A DNA stretch of 64,000 bases, from positions 29,801 to 93,800 of the forward strand of contig JBHHTW010000006.1 in assembly GCA_046861385.1 (NCBI GenBank), in the 5' to 3' direction. Position 1 is the first letter of the stretch, and each line of letters opens with the position of its first letter. The stretch is from Fidelibacterota bacterium. GTDB taxonomy: Bacteria; Fidelibacterota; Marinisomatia; Marinisomatales; TCS55. This document shows, piece by piece, positions 19,625 to 31,089 of this stretch. Made by a program: the position numbers and the translations under genes. Under the pieces are notes generated by a model. The model was not told where the DNA came from. It searched no databases and worked only from the letters and a program-made list of their open reading frames with translations.

Positions 19625-20536
19625 TTAAGTGCTGTTCTCGACGGAAGACGATCTGGCGCCTCGGATAACTGCATCTACTACCAGATATCGGGATAACCAA
19701 TAATGATCACAAAATCGGTGTGTTTTCTGTACCCCGAAGCGCAAAATTGGATTGAATAGGCTATACCCTTTTATGGAATGAATCCATTGGCCTCCTAAAT
19801 GATTGGTATATTGCGGATATTGAGTAATTAGCGACGGTAAATTGGTTTTTCCATACTGAAACATTGATTCACAAAACGTGCCAAAACTCCGTTTATGATG
19901 GTGTTCACTCACGGCTTTTAATGAAAATCTCAACGAATCCGGATATGCTTCCCAAAGGCGTATTGCCAACTCGGTGTCTTCCCCGCCATACATGGTGATA
20001 TTTTCATCAAAAAGATCTATAATTTCAAATACGGATCGCCTTACAGCTGTATTATTAAACAAAAAATATTGGAAATTGATTGGCTCTCCCTCTTCAAACC
20101 GGCGCGCGCCACGTCTTTTATCATATAGATATTTATCTAATGAGTTTATTTTTTCATTCTTCGGCATTTTAGAGTCGCCTATTACCCCAACTACATTATT
20201 ATTGGAAAGAACTTGGGTTTGCATTTTTATCCAGTTTTGCTTTACAACCATATCGCTGTCCAAAAAGCAGATGACGTCTCCATTCCCAGCCCTTATTCCT
20301 GAATTTCGAGAGGAAGCCAATCCTTTATTACGTTCATGGTGAATAACAGTAATATTTGACTGATTGGAAAATGATCCGAGCAATTCAGCCGTATGATCCG
20401 TTGAACCATCATTGACTAAATAAATTTTTACTGTATTATCATATTCTTGATTTATTACGCTCCTAACACATTTCTCAACAACATGAGCAACATTATAACA
20501 AGGAATAACAACATCTACAGTGGGACAATAATTCAA
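19625..20536 (-). CDS. Glycosyltransferase family 2
   Basis: VVIPCYN, NDGSTD, FLDSD, GGEDTEL. Confidence 0.93.
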   Translation of the reverse strand: MNYCPTVDVVIPCYNVAHVVEKCVRSVINQEYDNTVKIYLVNDGSTDHTAELLGSFSNQSNITVIHHERNKGLASSRNSGIRAGNGDVICFLDSDMVVKQNWIKMQTQVLSNNNVVGVIGDSKMPKNEKINSLDKYLYDKRRGARRFEEGEPINFQYFLFNNTAVRRSVFEIIDLFDENITMYGGEDTELAIRLWEAYPDSLRFSLKAVSEHHHKRSFGTFCESMFQYGKTNLPSLITQYPQYTNHLGGQWIHSIKGYSLFNPILRFGVQKTHRFCDHYWLSRYLVVDAVIRGARSSSVENST

Positions 20537-21621
20537 AGGAGCCCTCTCTCTTCATAATAGCCATACAATACGTCAGCCGTATTATGTAAGTCATGATGAG
20601 CTACAACCCATTTCCTACTTCTTTTTTTATGCTCCAGAATTTTATTCGGATTTTCGATTAACTCTAACAATGTGTCATAAAGAGTGTCTCCAGTTACATT
20701 GACAAACGGATGATTCGGAATGAACTCAACGTATTGTGGAATCAGTTCTGTTACACAGCATAACCCTAGAGACAATGCTTCCACAGAGTTCATACCGTAG
20801 CCCCAGCCCCCGCGATTGTGGACCTGATCGATCAAAATATCACAGGACTGCTTTACATGCTGAGCTTCCTCATGGGGCATGTTTTCAATTAATACAAATT
20901 CTATATTTTCATTTTTTGCCAGTTTTTCACAAATGGGTATTATTGTTTCACTTCCTTTGTAATATCTATTTGTAGGGCTGTGGCAAACTCGTATTGGTTT
21001 ATTAATGGTTTGTGGTTCACCGTGCTGACTGGTGTCAAATGGGAGAAATAAATACTTTATGTTTGGATGTTTTTCCATGAGATCAAGCTCGCTGGTTACA
21101 TTCAATCTACTGGCTTTATCTATGGTATCAATGACGCCTCTGGTTCGCATATCCTGACCATGATATGTACAGACAATTGGTTTCCCGGCTTCTATCAGTT
21201 TTTTCACAAAGCGGCTGTCACGATAAAATTCCAAACCCCAGTCAAGGTGATAGATATCATAATTTAATAGTCCCAATTTTTTAATAGCCGGTTCGATCTT
21301 AAAACTCCACAACCAATCCCTAAATTTGAAATACCATTTTTCCGGTATTGAATTAGGGCGCCAAACGGGCGGGTAACCTTTTTTTTCCTGGTAATCTCCA
21401 TCTCCTCCTCTTGCCAGTTGATAATATCGATGCCGGCTTTTCATATACAAAGGATTGGCTTTTACCAACGGTAGGTTTAAACAAATACCCGGATCATAAT
21501 GATGTTTCGTAGGATAAAGAGTAATAAACGTACATTCATTTCCCCGCGCTTCGTGGGCTTGTTTCCAAAGGCTGAGTGTCCCCACTGTATTTTCCGGGGC
21601 AATATATAGAATTTTTTTAAT
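20533..21621 (-). CDS. GT-B fold glycosyltransferase (GT4-like)
   Basis: HSPTNRYYKGS, DILIDQ, GYGMNSVEALSLG; the N-terminal strand KKILYIAPEN lies upstream of the track start 21585, implying ATT start at 21621. Confidence 0.8.
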   Translation of the reverse strand: MKKILYIAPENTVGTLSLWKQAHEARGNECTFITLYPTKHHYDPGICLNLPLVKANPLYMKSRHRYYQLARGGDGDYQEKKGYPPVWRPNSIPEKWYFKFRDWLWSFKIEPAIKKLGLLNYDIYHLDWGLEFYRDSRFVKKLIEAGKPIVCTYHGQDMRTRGVIDTIDKASRLNVTSELDLMEKHPNIKYLFLPFDTSQHGEPQTINKPIRVCHSPTNRYYKGSETIIPICEKLAKNENIEFVLIENMPHEEAQHVKQSCDILIDQVHNRGGWGYGMNSVEALSLGLCCVTELIPQYVEFIPNHPFVNVTGDTLYDTLLELIENPNKILEHKKRSRKWVVAHHDLHNTADVLYGYYEERGLL

Positions 21622-21630
21622 TACAATACC

Positions 21631-22413
21631 TTACTTTGAGTTCTTTTGAAATATAAATGCATAATCATCAAAACTATCTGAATAACTAAATTTTCCATGA
21701 AATTTACGATAAAGAAGTTCAAAATTCATTTTTTCCATTTTATCTATTAAATCTTTTACAGTAATTCCCCATTGAAAAACATGATGTACGTCTCTCCAAA
21801 TTTTCCCGTGTTCAGCATTGATTTTATACGTTTTATTTATCAAGTGTTGAGATAACGGATGCTCACGTTCAAATGGTACATGCTGAAAATATTCATCAAA
21901 ACCCAAATCCAACAAACGGATTGTTTTGTCTGTCTTATTGAACATTTGGTTAAAAATCACAAAATATTTCGTCTTATGAGAATACAATTCTAAAACTTCA
22001 TCCCAGTCCGGATCAACTTGGTGTAAAAGCACATCAAATAAATAAATTGCATCTACATTCACAATTTTTGATATGGCATTGGCATCTGTAAAATTCAATT
22101 CTAGGGAAGTTATTTTGCTATTGTTTTTGCTTAAATCTAAATATTCCTGAGTGAGTTCCGTGTCTACTTGGATTACCTTGTCAACGTTATGTTTTTGAAT
22201 TGTGTAAAAAGAGTAAGCTCCATGAATTTTATAGATACCTCCAAGATCTGCAATTGTTTTGATATCTCCATCGGTCAATTCAAATAATCTATCAATTAAC
22301 ATTTTCTTTGATCGATCAAAATAAATGGGATAACCATACGCTATTTTTGCCCATAATCCATAAATGCCTTTACGAACTCTTTTTAATCTTATTATTTTTC
22401 CGTTCTTTATCAT
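21631..22413 (-). CDS. Putative class I SAM-dependent methyltransferase
   Basis: IADLGG motif I, VD motif II, DAIYLFDVLLHQ motif IV-like. Confidence 0.6.
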   Translation of the reverse strand: MIKNGKIIRLKRVRKGIYGLWAKIAYGYPIYFDRSKKMLIDRLFELTDGDIKTIADLGGIYKIHGAYSFYTIQKHNVDKVIQVDTELTQEYLDLSKNNSKITSLELNFTDANAISKIVNVDAIYLFDVLLHQVDPDWDEVLELYSHKTKYFVIFNQMFNKTDKTIRLLDLGFDEYFQHVPFEREHPLSQHLINKTYKINAEHGKIWRDVHHVFQWGITVKDLIDKMEKMNFELLYRKFHGKFSYSDSFDDYAFIFQKNSK

Positions 22414-22519
22414 TTTGTTGTTTGGCTGTTAAATCGTATGATCATTATTTAATAGGCGATTTTAGGGCGAAGTATAATACTTTCATATTTGACGATATTA
22501 TTTCTGGATGTAATATGTA

Positions 22520-24310
22520 ATGTCTAATGAAATTAATACAATTTATTCATATGAACATTTTATGAAACTGCATAGAAAAATAAAACAAGCGATCCCGTTT
22601 TTACAGTCTACTGTGACCCGGCGTGAGCTTATTGGTTTATTAGGGGCCATGATTGCGCACGTGTTTTTCCTGACAGAAATTGTTGAATTTGTGGGTTTTA
22701 ATGTTTTACGCATATTTTTTTCAATCGTTGTTTTCGCAAATTTTTCTCTCCTATTGTTTTCTATCTTTCAACATTACCGAATCAGAATATTTGGATTGGG
22801 TATATATCTTTTATTGCTTTGGTCTAATGTGATCCACTTCAGATTCTTCGGTTCTACTATGCATTTGGGTTCAATGTTAAATTTTGGATTTCTACCGATC
22901 CTTGGATCACAAATAATGTATTTATTCCGCTGGACAGACAGTGTTTATTTGTTATCATTGATCACAGGGTTAATCTTTTTTAAACATTCAAATATATTAT
23001 CAATCCAAAAACGCAAATATCAAATAGCAATCCTGACCGGCACATACATTATTTTGCAAGTGTTTCTTTATTTTGCCGCAACACAAAGCTCTCTCAACTC
23101 AGCCAGAAAATACAATGAACCATTTACACGGTGGGATATCTACAAGGAAATTCGAATTGAGAGCCGAGATCATACTGGCAGTGTTTTGTATTTTGGATTT
23201 CTCTGGACTTACGGAGTTGATCTATATCGGATGAATAAAAACCCCGGACAATCAGAACCAATTCCCGAAACTAATTTTTCCATTGATATACCACCGGGAA
23301 AACGGCGGAATATTATTGTCATCCAAGTGGAATCTCTTGATAATAATGTGATTCATCATACTGTTGGGGATCAACTGGTCATGCCCTTTCTTCATCGCTT
23401 AACGGAGGGGTCGATTTATTTTCCGAACATATTCGCCCAACATACCAGCGTGGGCGGAACCTCCGATGCCGAGTTCAGTATGTTAACCTCCCAATATCCC
23501 CTTGGAAAAAAAGGCGCTTTTTTCGCCAACGGATTAGAAAAGCTGCCATCTGTTCCGGCATTATTAAATCGCAACGGATACGTAACATTGGTCTTTCATG
23601 GCAATTCCGGTTCTTATTTCAACCGCAAACAAGGCATGATGCAGCTTGGATTTCAAGAAACATTTTTCAAAAATGATTTTACCATCACCGATCCTGATAA
23701 ATGGCATGCCCTGAAGGATAAAGATTTTTTTCTACAAGTCGAAAAAACATTGTCTGGGACAAATAATCCATATTTCGCTTTTATCCTGACTTTAACCAGC
23801 CACACCCCATTCGACCTGATTGATGAATCTGATTTTACTGTTGATTTCAATATAAAAAATCCCCTGGTTCGTAATTATCTGAATTCCATGGCTTATGTGG
23901 ATGGCGTTTTAGAAGAATTTATTTCTACAATGCAGCAAACGGATCCCAATTCCCTTATCATTATTTTTGGTGATCACTGTGCGAATATTAATGAACCGGA
24001 ATATGCTTCTTATGATATAAAAGGGCTGGAGCCAATTCCATTATTTATATTAGATCAAATGAATCCATCAAAAATGGAATTATCAATTTCAGGCTCCACA
24101 ATTGATATTAGTCCCACATTATTTGATTATCTCGGAGTTGATCTCCCAACCTTCTGGCAGGGGAAATCATTGCTGGATGAACAAAATACTAAAAATACAT
24201 TCATTTTGAATTCACAATACTATTTTGATGCTAATAGAACAATGCAAAAAATATCGGATCGGTCCGTTGATACAAAGGAGTTATACAGAATTCAAAAATA
24301 CATTTGGTAA
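22520..24310 (+). CDS. LTA synthase/MdoB-family sulfatase-fold membrane transferase
   Basis: About 5 N-terminal TMs; NIIVIQVES, GGTSDAEF (Thr nucleophile), TSHTPF, FGDH. Confidence 0.88.
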   Translation: MSNEINTIYSYEHFMKLHRKIKQAIPFLQSTVTRRELIGLLGAMIAHVFFLTEIVEFVGFNVLRIFFSIVVFANFSLLLFSIFQHYRIRIFGLGIYLLLLWSNVIHFRFFGSTMHLGSMLNFGFLPILGSQIMYLFRWTDSVYLLSLITGLIFFKHSNILSIQKRKYQIAILTGTYIILQVFLYFAATQSSLNSARKYNEPFTRWDIYKEIRIESRDHTGSVLYFGFLWTYGVDLYRMNKNPGQSEPIPETNFSIDIPPGKRRNIIVIQVESLDNNVIHHTVGDQLVMPFLHRLTEGSIYFPNIFAQHTSVGGTSDAEFSMLTSQYPLGKKGAFFANGLEKLPSVPALLNRNGYVTLVFHGNSGSYFNRKQGMMQLGFQETFFKNDFTITDPDKWHALKDKDFFLQVEKTLSGTNNPYFAFILTLTSHTPFDLIDESDFTVDFNIKNPLVRNYLNSMAYVDGVLEEFISTMQQTDPNSLIIIFGDHCANINEPEYASYDIKGLEPIPLFILDQMNPSKMELSISGSTIDISPTLFDYLGVDLPTFWQGKSLLDEQNTKNTFILNSQYYFDANRTMQKISDRSVDTKELYRIQKYIW

Positions 24311-24313
24311 AAA

Positions 24314-25420
24314 TTATTGAAGAAGTGTTGTATAAATATCAAATAGTTGTTTTTCTTGTGCTTCCCAAAAATATTTTTCATTAAAGGCTTCGTATCCATT
24401 TTGGCTGAATAAAGAATATTTTTCATTATCGTCAAATAGGGTAATAATTCCTTCTGCTAAAGCGGAGTGGGAATCGGGTTCTACGCAAATACCGCACTGG
24501 ACTTTATCAATATATTTCCTGGAAGGCGGAAGATCGAAAGAAACAATCGGCAGCTTACATGCACTGTATTCAAACATCTTTATAACAATATTATTTCGAA
24601 ATTTATCTATATTATAAAAAGGAAGAAGACCTATGGAGTGTTCAGCAATTTTTGCTGCAATTTCCGGATGAGGAATTGGATCGACCAAACAGATATTTTT
24701 CTGTAAACCGTAATTTTCAATCAATTGCCTGCATTTCTTCTTTTCATTCGGATAGGAAAAATGTCCCACCAGATCCAGCCCTGCATCAGGATATTTATTT
24801 ACAACCCGCCTCATCGCTTCAATCATTAAAAACAGACCCCGTTCCCGACGCAGCTGGCCATGATAAATAATGGTAAATGGGCGTTGATCTATTGTTTTGT
24901 CATCAATATTAAAAATATCTTTATTGGGATAATTATAGATTAACGTACAAGGTCCAACGTCTTTGTAGTAATCAAAGAGCCAATCATCGCTGGCAATATA
25001 ATGATCTATATTTTTTAGAAACCAGTTTTCAAATTGCCCCATTCCGAATCCAAGCATTTGAGGAATCGGAAACGGTTTTCTAGAAAATTCCCGGTACATG
25101 GCACTCCAATCCTCCGCCGGATCGTATATTAATTTAACATTATGTTTGGACTTGTATTTTACTGCCGGGGGCAATAATTGCGGTTCTGTAATCTGAATAA
25201 TATCCGGTTGAATTGCTTTGAGGTGTTCAATAATCCAAGTTGATTTTCTAACTGAAGACGCACCATCATTTCCAGAAATTGAAATTCCATCGCTTTCTGA
25301 TGAATTGACCCTCGGGTTAATGATTGAGACTGATGCAATTTTTTTCAGGGATCGAGCGAGTTTATAATAAATACGATCGTCGTATGGATTTGGATTGGTG
25401 GTTAAAAGACAGATTTTCAT
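24314..25420 (-). CDS. Glycosyltransferase family 4
   Basis: KICLLT, YHGQLRRERG, KMFEYSACKLPIV. Confidence 0.92.
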   Translation of the reverse strand: MKICLLTTNPNPYDDRIYYKLARSLKKIASVSIINPRVNSSESDGISISGNDGASSVRKSTWIIEHLKAIQPDIIQITEPQLLPPAVKYKSKHNVKLIYDPAEDWSAMYREFSRKPFPIPQMLGFGMGQFENWFLKNIDHYIASDDWLFDYYKDVGPCTLIYNYPNKDIFNIDDKTIDQRPFTIIYHGQLRRERGLFLMIEAMRRVVNKYPDAGLDLVGHFSYPNEKKKCRQLIENYGLQKNICLVDPIPHPEIAAKIAEHSIGLLPFYNIDKFRNNIVIKMFEYSACKLPIVSFDLPPSRKYIDKVQCGICVEPDSHSALAEGIITLFDDNEKYSLFSQNGYEAFNEKYFWEAQEKQLFDIYTTLLQ

Positions 25421-26862
25421 TTTTTAAAAGGAATATACGACTGTATAAACTGTTTTTCTCTTGGGGCAAAAAATCGGGTTACCCATAGCAGTGTTGGATA
25501 TAAACATAGAGTAATGAAACCAATCACCCAACTTTCGCCTAAAAATTTCCACGCTAGGAAAAGGCCTCCCGTTATGAGAATTATTCTTGCGAGGCGTTTC
25601 CATTCCCAGGTAAGGGGATAAAAACGAATGATTACAAAATACTGCAATATTACCATGATACAATAACCGATCAAAGTTGCGACCGCTGCTGATTTATACC
25701 CAAATCTAGGGATGAGCAGAAAATTTATTATAATATTGATAAGAGCAGCCGCACCATTCAAGACCGGAATCCAACCATTCTTCTTTTTAATATAAATACC
25801 TGGGAGCTGCACCAGAAATGCACCGAGGAAAATATAAGCAAGCAGCACGATGGGAACAATGCTCAAACTGTCCCAATAAACCGGGCTGATAATCGGACGG
25901 CTTCCAATGGGGATTTGAACTAAATACTTAATAAAAAAGGTCAGAATGAGAAATATATAGGAAGTGACCAGCATAAAATAAGTTCCTGTCCTGGCGAACA
26001 ATTGCGGCGCATCTTCCTTGTCCGCCTGCTTTAAATAGTAAGGCTGCCAGGCAAATTTGAATGCCATTACAATAATGAGCATAAAGATTCCCAATCGGTA
26101 ACTGGCGCTGTACAGACCCACGGCCTTTTCATCCACAAGCCATTTAATCATGTACCGGTCAATCAATTCATTGAAAATACTGGCAATCCCGGATGGAATG
26201 TACGGCAGGGCAAAAATGAACAGTCCTTTCCACCAATGTGGACTGAATCGTAATTCCATCGTTTTGATGATTTTGGGTAAAATCAAAAGAAAGGCAGTGC
26301 CGGACGCGATGAGGTTGCTTAAGAAAATATATTCAATACTGAGCTGTAGAATTCCGATCCACCAGATATTCAATCCCAAAACAATCATCACATGGGACAG
26401 CTCAATCGAAACAAAATGATACGGTTTATTTTCTAATCGGAGGAGGACCTTTGGAAGTGCAATGAAAGTATCAAACGCAAGAATTCCGATGGCAAGTCGA
26501 ATAAGATGGGTATATTGGCTTCCAACCGTAAGGCTGGAAATTCCACCGGAAAAAATAAACATTAAACCGCCTAAAATAAGAGACGATATTAATAGAGAAA
26601 TAAAGGTCGTGGAAAAAATGGTTTTCTTATTTTCATCTGTTTTTTCCAATCCTTGGTACCGCATATAGGCAACATCCATTCCATGAGAGAACAAAATATT
26701 TGCAAAAGCAATAAAAGCATAAAGAAGAGACACTACGCCATATTCGTCTGGACTAAGGCGGTGTGTATATAATGGTAGTAAGAGGAAATTGATGAAACGG
26801 GTAATAAAATGCCCGAATCCGTACACAACAGATTGTTTTCCCAGTTGAATTAATGATGACAT
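25417..26862 (-). CDS. Wzx-type oligosaccharide flippase
   Basis: LGKQSVVYG, LLPLYT, EYG, DRYMI, VGLYS; more than 12 TMs; start moved to ATG 26862. Confidence 0.9.
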   Translation of the reverse strand: MSSLIQLGKQSVVYGFGHFITRFINFLLLPLYTHRLSPDEYGVVSLLYAFIAFANILFSHGMDVAYMRYQGLEKTDENKKTIFSTTFISLLISSLILGGLMFIFSGGISSLTVGSQYTHLIRLAIGILAFDTFIALPKVLLRLENKPYHFVSIELSHVMIVLGLNIWWIGILQLSIEYIFLSNLIASGTAFLLILPKIIKTMELRFSPHWWKGLFIFALPYIPSGIASIFNELIDRYMIKWLVDEKAVGLYSASYRLGIFMLIIVMAFKFAWQPYYLKQADKEDAPQLFARTGTYFMLVTSYIFLILTFFIKYLVQIPIGSRPIISPVYWDSLSIVPIVLLAYIFLGAFLVQLPGIYIKKKNGWIPVLNGAAALINIIINFLLIPRFGYKSAAVATLIGYCIMVILQYFVIIRFYPLTWEWKRLARIILITGGLFLAWKFLGESWVIGFITLCLYPTLLWVTRFFAPREKQFIQSYIPFKK

Positions 26863-26878
26863 TAAGAGATCGTTTGAA

Positions 26879-27841
26879 TTAGAAACGAATTTCCAATGTA
26901 TCCCTGAATTGACCGGCGGCGCCAAAATTTTCTTTAAACCGTGCCAGCCCCATGTTGGGTTCTTCATTGACCGTAAATATACCAAAATCAAAAACAGAAA
27001 AATGTTTGTCAATTGCCCATTCAAATATTTTATAGAACAGCAGATTAATCGGCCGGCTTTCCTGATAATCTTCATCATGGCTGATGTAAAATGCCAATAC
27101 AACACGATCAGTCACTGAGAAATTCACAACGCCCGCAACCATTTTATCTTCTATAAAAGCACCAAATAAATGAATTTTATCAGGAAACAGTTTTTTGAGA
27201 TCGATCAGTTCTTCCAACGTATGTGTCGGAGTAACATTGTGTCGAATACTCAAATTCTTTTTTAATATTTTATAAAATACGGCAAAATCATCTGATTTTT
27301 TTATTACTACACCGGATTTCTCTGCTTTGCGGACGGCGGTTCGATGTGTTGATTTAAATTTCCCTAAATTTTCTCCAATGGTTTTTTCCAGAAAAAGGAC
27401 ACTGGATATTTCCCTTTTTATGTACGAAAAACCATTATGTCGTAACGCAAAATCGATATAATGGGAAAGGCGTTTGCTGTAAATCGTTGGCGGCTGGGTT
27501 AAACGAATTCCATCAAAACCGTTATTCCTTCCATAAGAAACCAGTTGTTCAACTACATCCAACGCATCAGCAAAGGCAAGATTTTCATTTACCACTAATG
27601 AACCGATTGAGGCGCCGGGATGAGATATCAGCCATCGCTTTTTTTCCTCAATTATTTCTGCGGCAGGAAAAAGACCGATCCGTTTTTCTTTTTTATAACA
27701 TTCAAGACTATGATCCAAAAATCTGTCCGAGGGGTGATAACCAAGAAATTTACGGGTGTGGAACAATGTACCGTTATTTGCGGAGGAAACGAAACTGTCC
27801 CACTCAACTGGATTGTTGTTATATCTCTTTAATGTAATCAT
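26879..27841 (-). CDS. FemAB-like GNAT acyltransferase
   Basis: WDSFV, TLFH, RKAEK, FDFG, GLARFKENFG. Confidence 0.85.
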   Translation of the reverse strand: MITLKRYNNNPVEWDSFVSSANNGTLFHTRKFLGYHPSDRFLDHSLECYKKEKRIGLFPAAEIIEEKKRWLISHPGASIGSLVVNENLAFADALDVVEQLVSYGRNNGFDGIRLTQPPTIYSKRLSHYIDFALRHNGFSYIKREISSVLFLEKTIGENLGKFKSTHRTAVRKAEKSGVVIKKSDDFAVFYKILKKNLSIRHNVTPTHTLEELIDLKKLFPDKIHLFGAFIEDKMVAGVVNFSVTDRVVLAFYISHDEDYQESRPINLLFYKIFEWAIDKHFSVFDFGIFTVNEEPNMGLARFKENFGAAGQFRDTLEIRF

Positions 27842-27931
27842 AGGATAATTAGAACGAAAAATTAGGTGGAGATGTTTCCATATACAATTCCTGATTGATT
27901 TACCTTTGCACTGCTAAAATCACATCTCTAA

Positions 27932-29586
<1,655 letters not shown>

Positions 29587-29595
<9 letters not shown>

Positions 29596-29656
29596 TTAAT
29601 GGTAACTGGTGAGTGGTAACTGGTGAGTGGTAACTGGTGAGTGGTAACTGGTGGGT
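29587..29656 (+). repeat. Heptamer tandem repeat, (GGTAACT-GGTGAGT)n
   Basis: Ten consecutive 7-mers, including three perfect 14-bp units at 29601-29642. Confidence 0.9.
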
Positions 29657-29774
29657 TGTGGAGCGCCAGCCCGCCGTGGCGGTGGGACTTGGCAATGAGA
29701 GCTTATACCCCAAAATCTGCCTGGAAGACAATGGGGAATTAAAATACAATGGTTAATATGAAATGTTTAATCAT

Positions 29775-30353
29775 TTAAAATCCGAGGTTATAATATATTC
29801 TGTCCCCGCCCATTTTACCGGTACAGATTAGTTCAACATTTTTTGGTTTTGATTTGAAATCGTAGATTAATTCTGCTGTGACTGATTTTGTTGGTTTAAT
29901 AATAGCCAAGTCCTGATATTTTCCTTCAAAGGGATTTAACTCGCCCTTGTTTTCTCCATTGCCAATCACTTTCAACAAAGCCATGGCTGAAAAATCCAAA
30001 TCCTTTGTGGGGTGAATGTTTGTCACTCGCAGCGAAACGGTTACTCTATTTCCATTGCGGGCCGCTTCCAGGAGATTGTATTTCCCGTGGTCAGCAATCT
30101 GCTCAACTCCGACAGGATGAGACACCCTTCCTTCTTTCAAGGATTCAATTGGAATATAAAATTCAATGGTCGCTTTAATAAACTTCCCTGACTTATCTTT
30201 TTTCAGTTTTACAACTTTTGTCCCCGGATATAATTGCCCGACCTGATTATTTTTTGATTCATCCCGGGAAGAATAAATCTTGGTATTTTTAATTGTTTCT
30301 GTTTCCTGGGCAAAAATGAGAAGAGGTAATAGTAAAGAAAATAAAAATTTCAT
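29775..30353 (-). CDS. Secreted protein, possible SH3-like + DUF4352-like Ig domain
   Basis: Signal peptide MKFLFSLLLPLLIFA; VGQLYPGTKV (SH3b-like); VTVSLRVTN...IKPTKSVTAELIYD. Confidence 0.5.
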   Translation of the reverse strand: MKFLFSLLLPLLIFAQETETIKNTKIYSSRDESKNNQVGQLYPGTKVVKLKKDKSGKFIKATIEFYIPIESLKEGRVSHPVGVEQIADHGKYNLLEAARNGNRVTVSLRVTNIHPTKDLDFSAMALLKVIGNGENKGELNPFEGKYQDLAIIKPTKSVTAELIYDFKSKPKNVELICTGKMGGDRIYYNLGF

Positions 30354-30360
30354 GAGCGTA

Positions 30361-31086
30361 TTAAAATGTAAGCGTATTCGTTTTAATAAAAGCGTCTAAA
30401 TAAATCTCTACTCTTCTATTCCTGGCTCGGGTTCCCATGATAGCCAAACTATTTTTTCCGACTTTATCGATATTTACAACGGGGCGATATTCACCATAGC
30501 CCATGGCAGAAAATTTGTTTTCCGGTATTTGTGAAAACTCACTTAATAGTTTTACAATATTTAAAGCTCTGGCAGTGGATAAATCCCAATTGCTTTCATA
30601 TTTCGCATTTTCCGGAAGAGCGAGATCGTCTGTGTGTCCTTCACATCTGATTTCAACATTCAAAAAACCTCCGCCTTTTTCAATGGCCTCTATCAGTTTG
30701 TCGTATTTTGGGTCATCATTGACATTCAATACTTTCGATACACGGATAATTCCTCCTATTTGTCTTAACAAAGGATATACCATTGGTTGAACTTCTGCCT
30801 CCATCGATTTAAACAATCGACCGCTGGCCATGGTGATTTTTACACCTTTTGTCACTCTTTCCACTGAAACGTAGGATGATTCAATACTTTCTCTCAGTTC
30901 CTCGTACGTTTCATCTAATAGCATGTTGATGACCCGGTCTATATGCTTTTCAGCATCATTCAAAATAACCAATAATAAAATGAAAAATGTTAATAATAGG
31001 GTAACCATGTCTGCATAGGTCAATGCCCATGCAGTACTTTTGGCTCGGGCTTCGGTGGCAGAAACAGCTATAGATTGATGCGCCAA
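30361..31086 (-). CDS. motB: MotB/PomB-family stator protein (OmpA-like PG-binding domain)
   Basis: WALTYADMVTLLLTFFILL TM with Asp; EGHTD, NWDLSTARA, NRRVEI. Confidence 0.9.
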   Translation of the reverse strand: MAHQSIAVSATEARAKSTAWALTYADMVTLLLTFFILLLVILNDAEKHIDRVINMLLDETYEELRESIESSYVSVERVTKGVKITMASGRLFKSMEAEVQPMVYPLLRQIGGIIRVSKVLNVNDDPKYDKLIEAIEKGGGFLNVEIRCEGHTDDLALPENAKYESNWDLSTARALNIVKLLSEFSQIPENKFSAMGYGEYRPVVNIDKVGKNSLAIMGTRARNRRVEIYLDAFIKTNTLTF

Positions 31087-31089
31087 GGA

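Noticed and set aside
26863-27105. 81-aa N-terminal extension of the flippase
   Set aside because: Overlaps the upstream GNAT gene in another frame; the Wzx family start matches ATG 26862.
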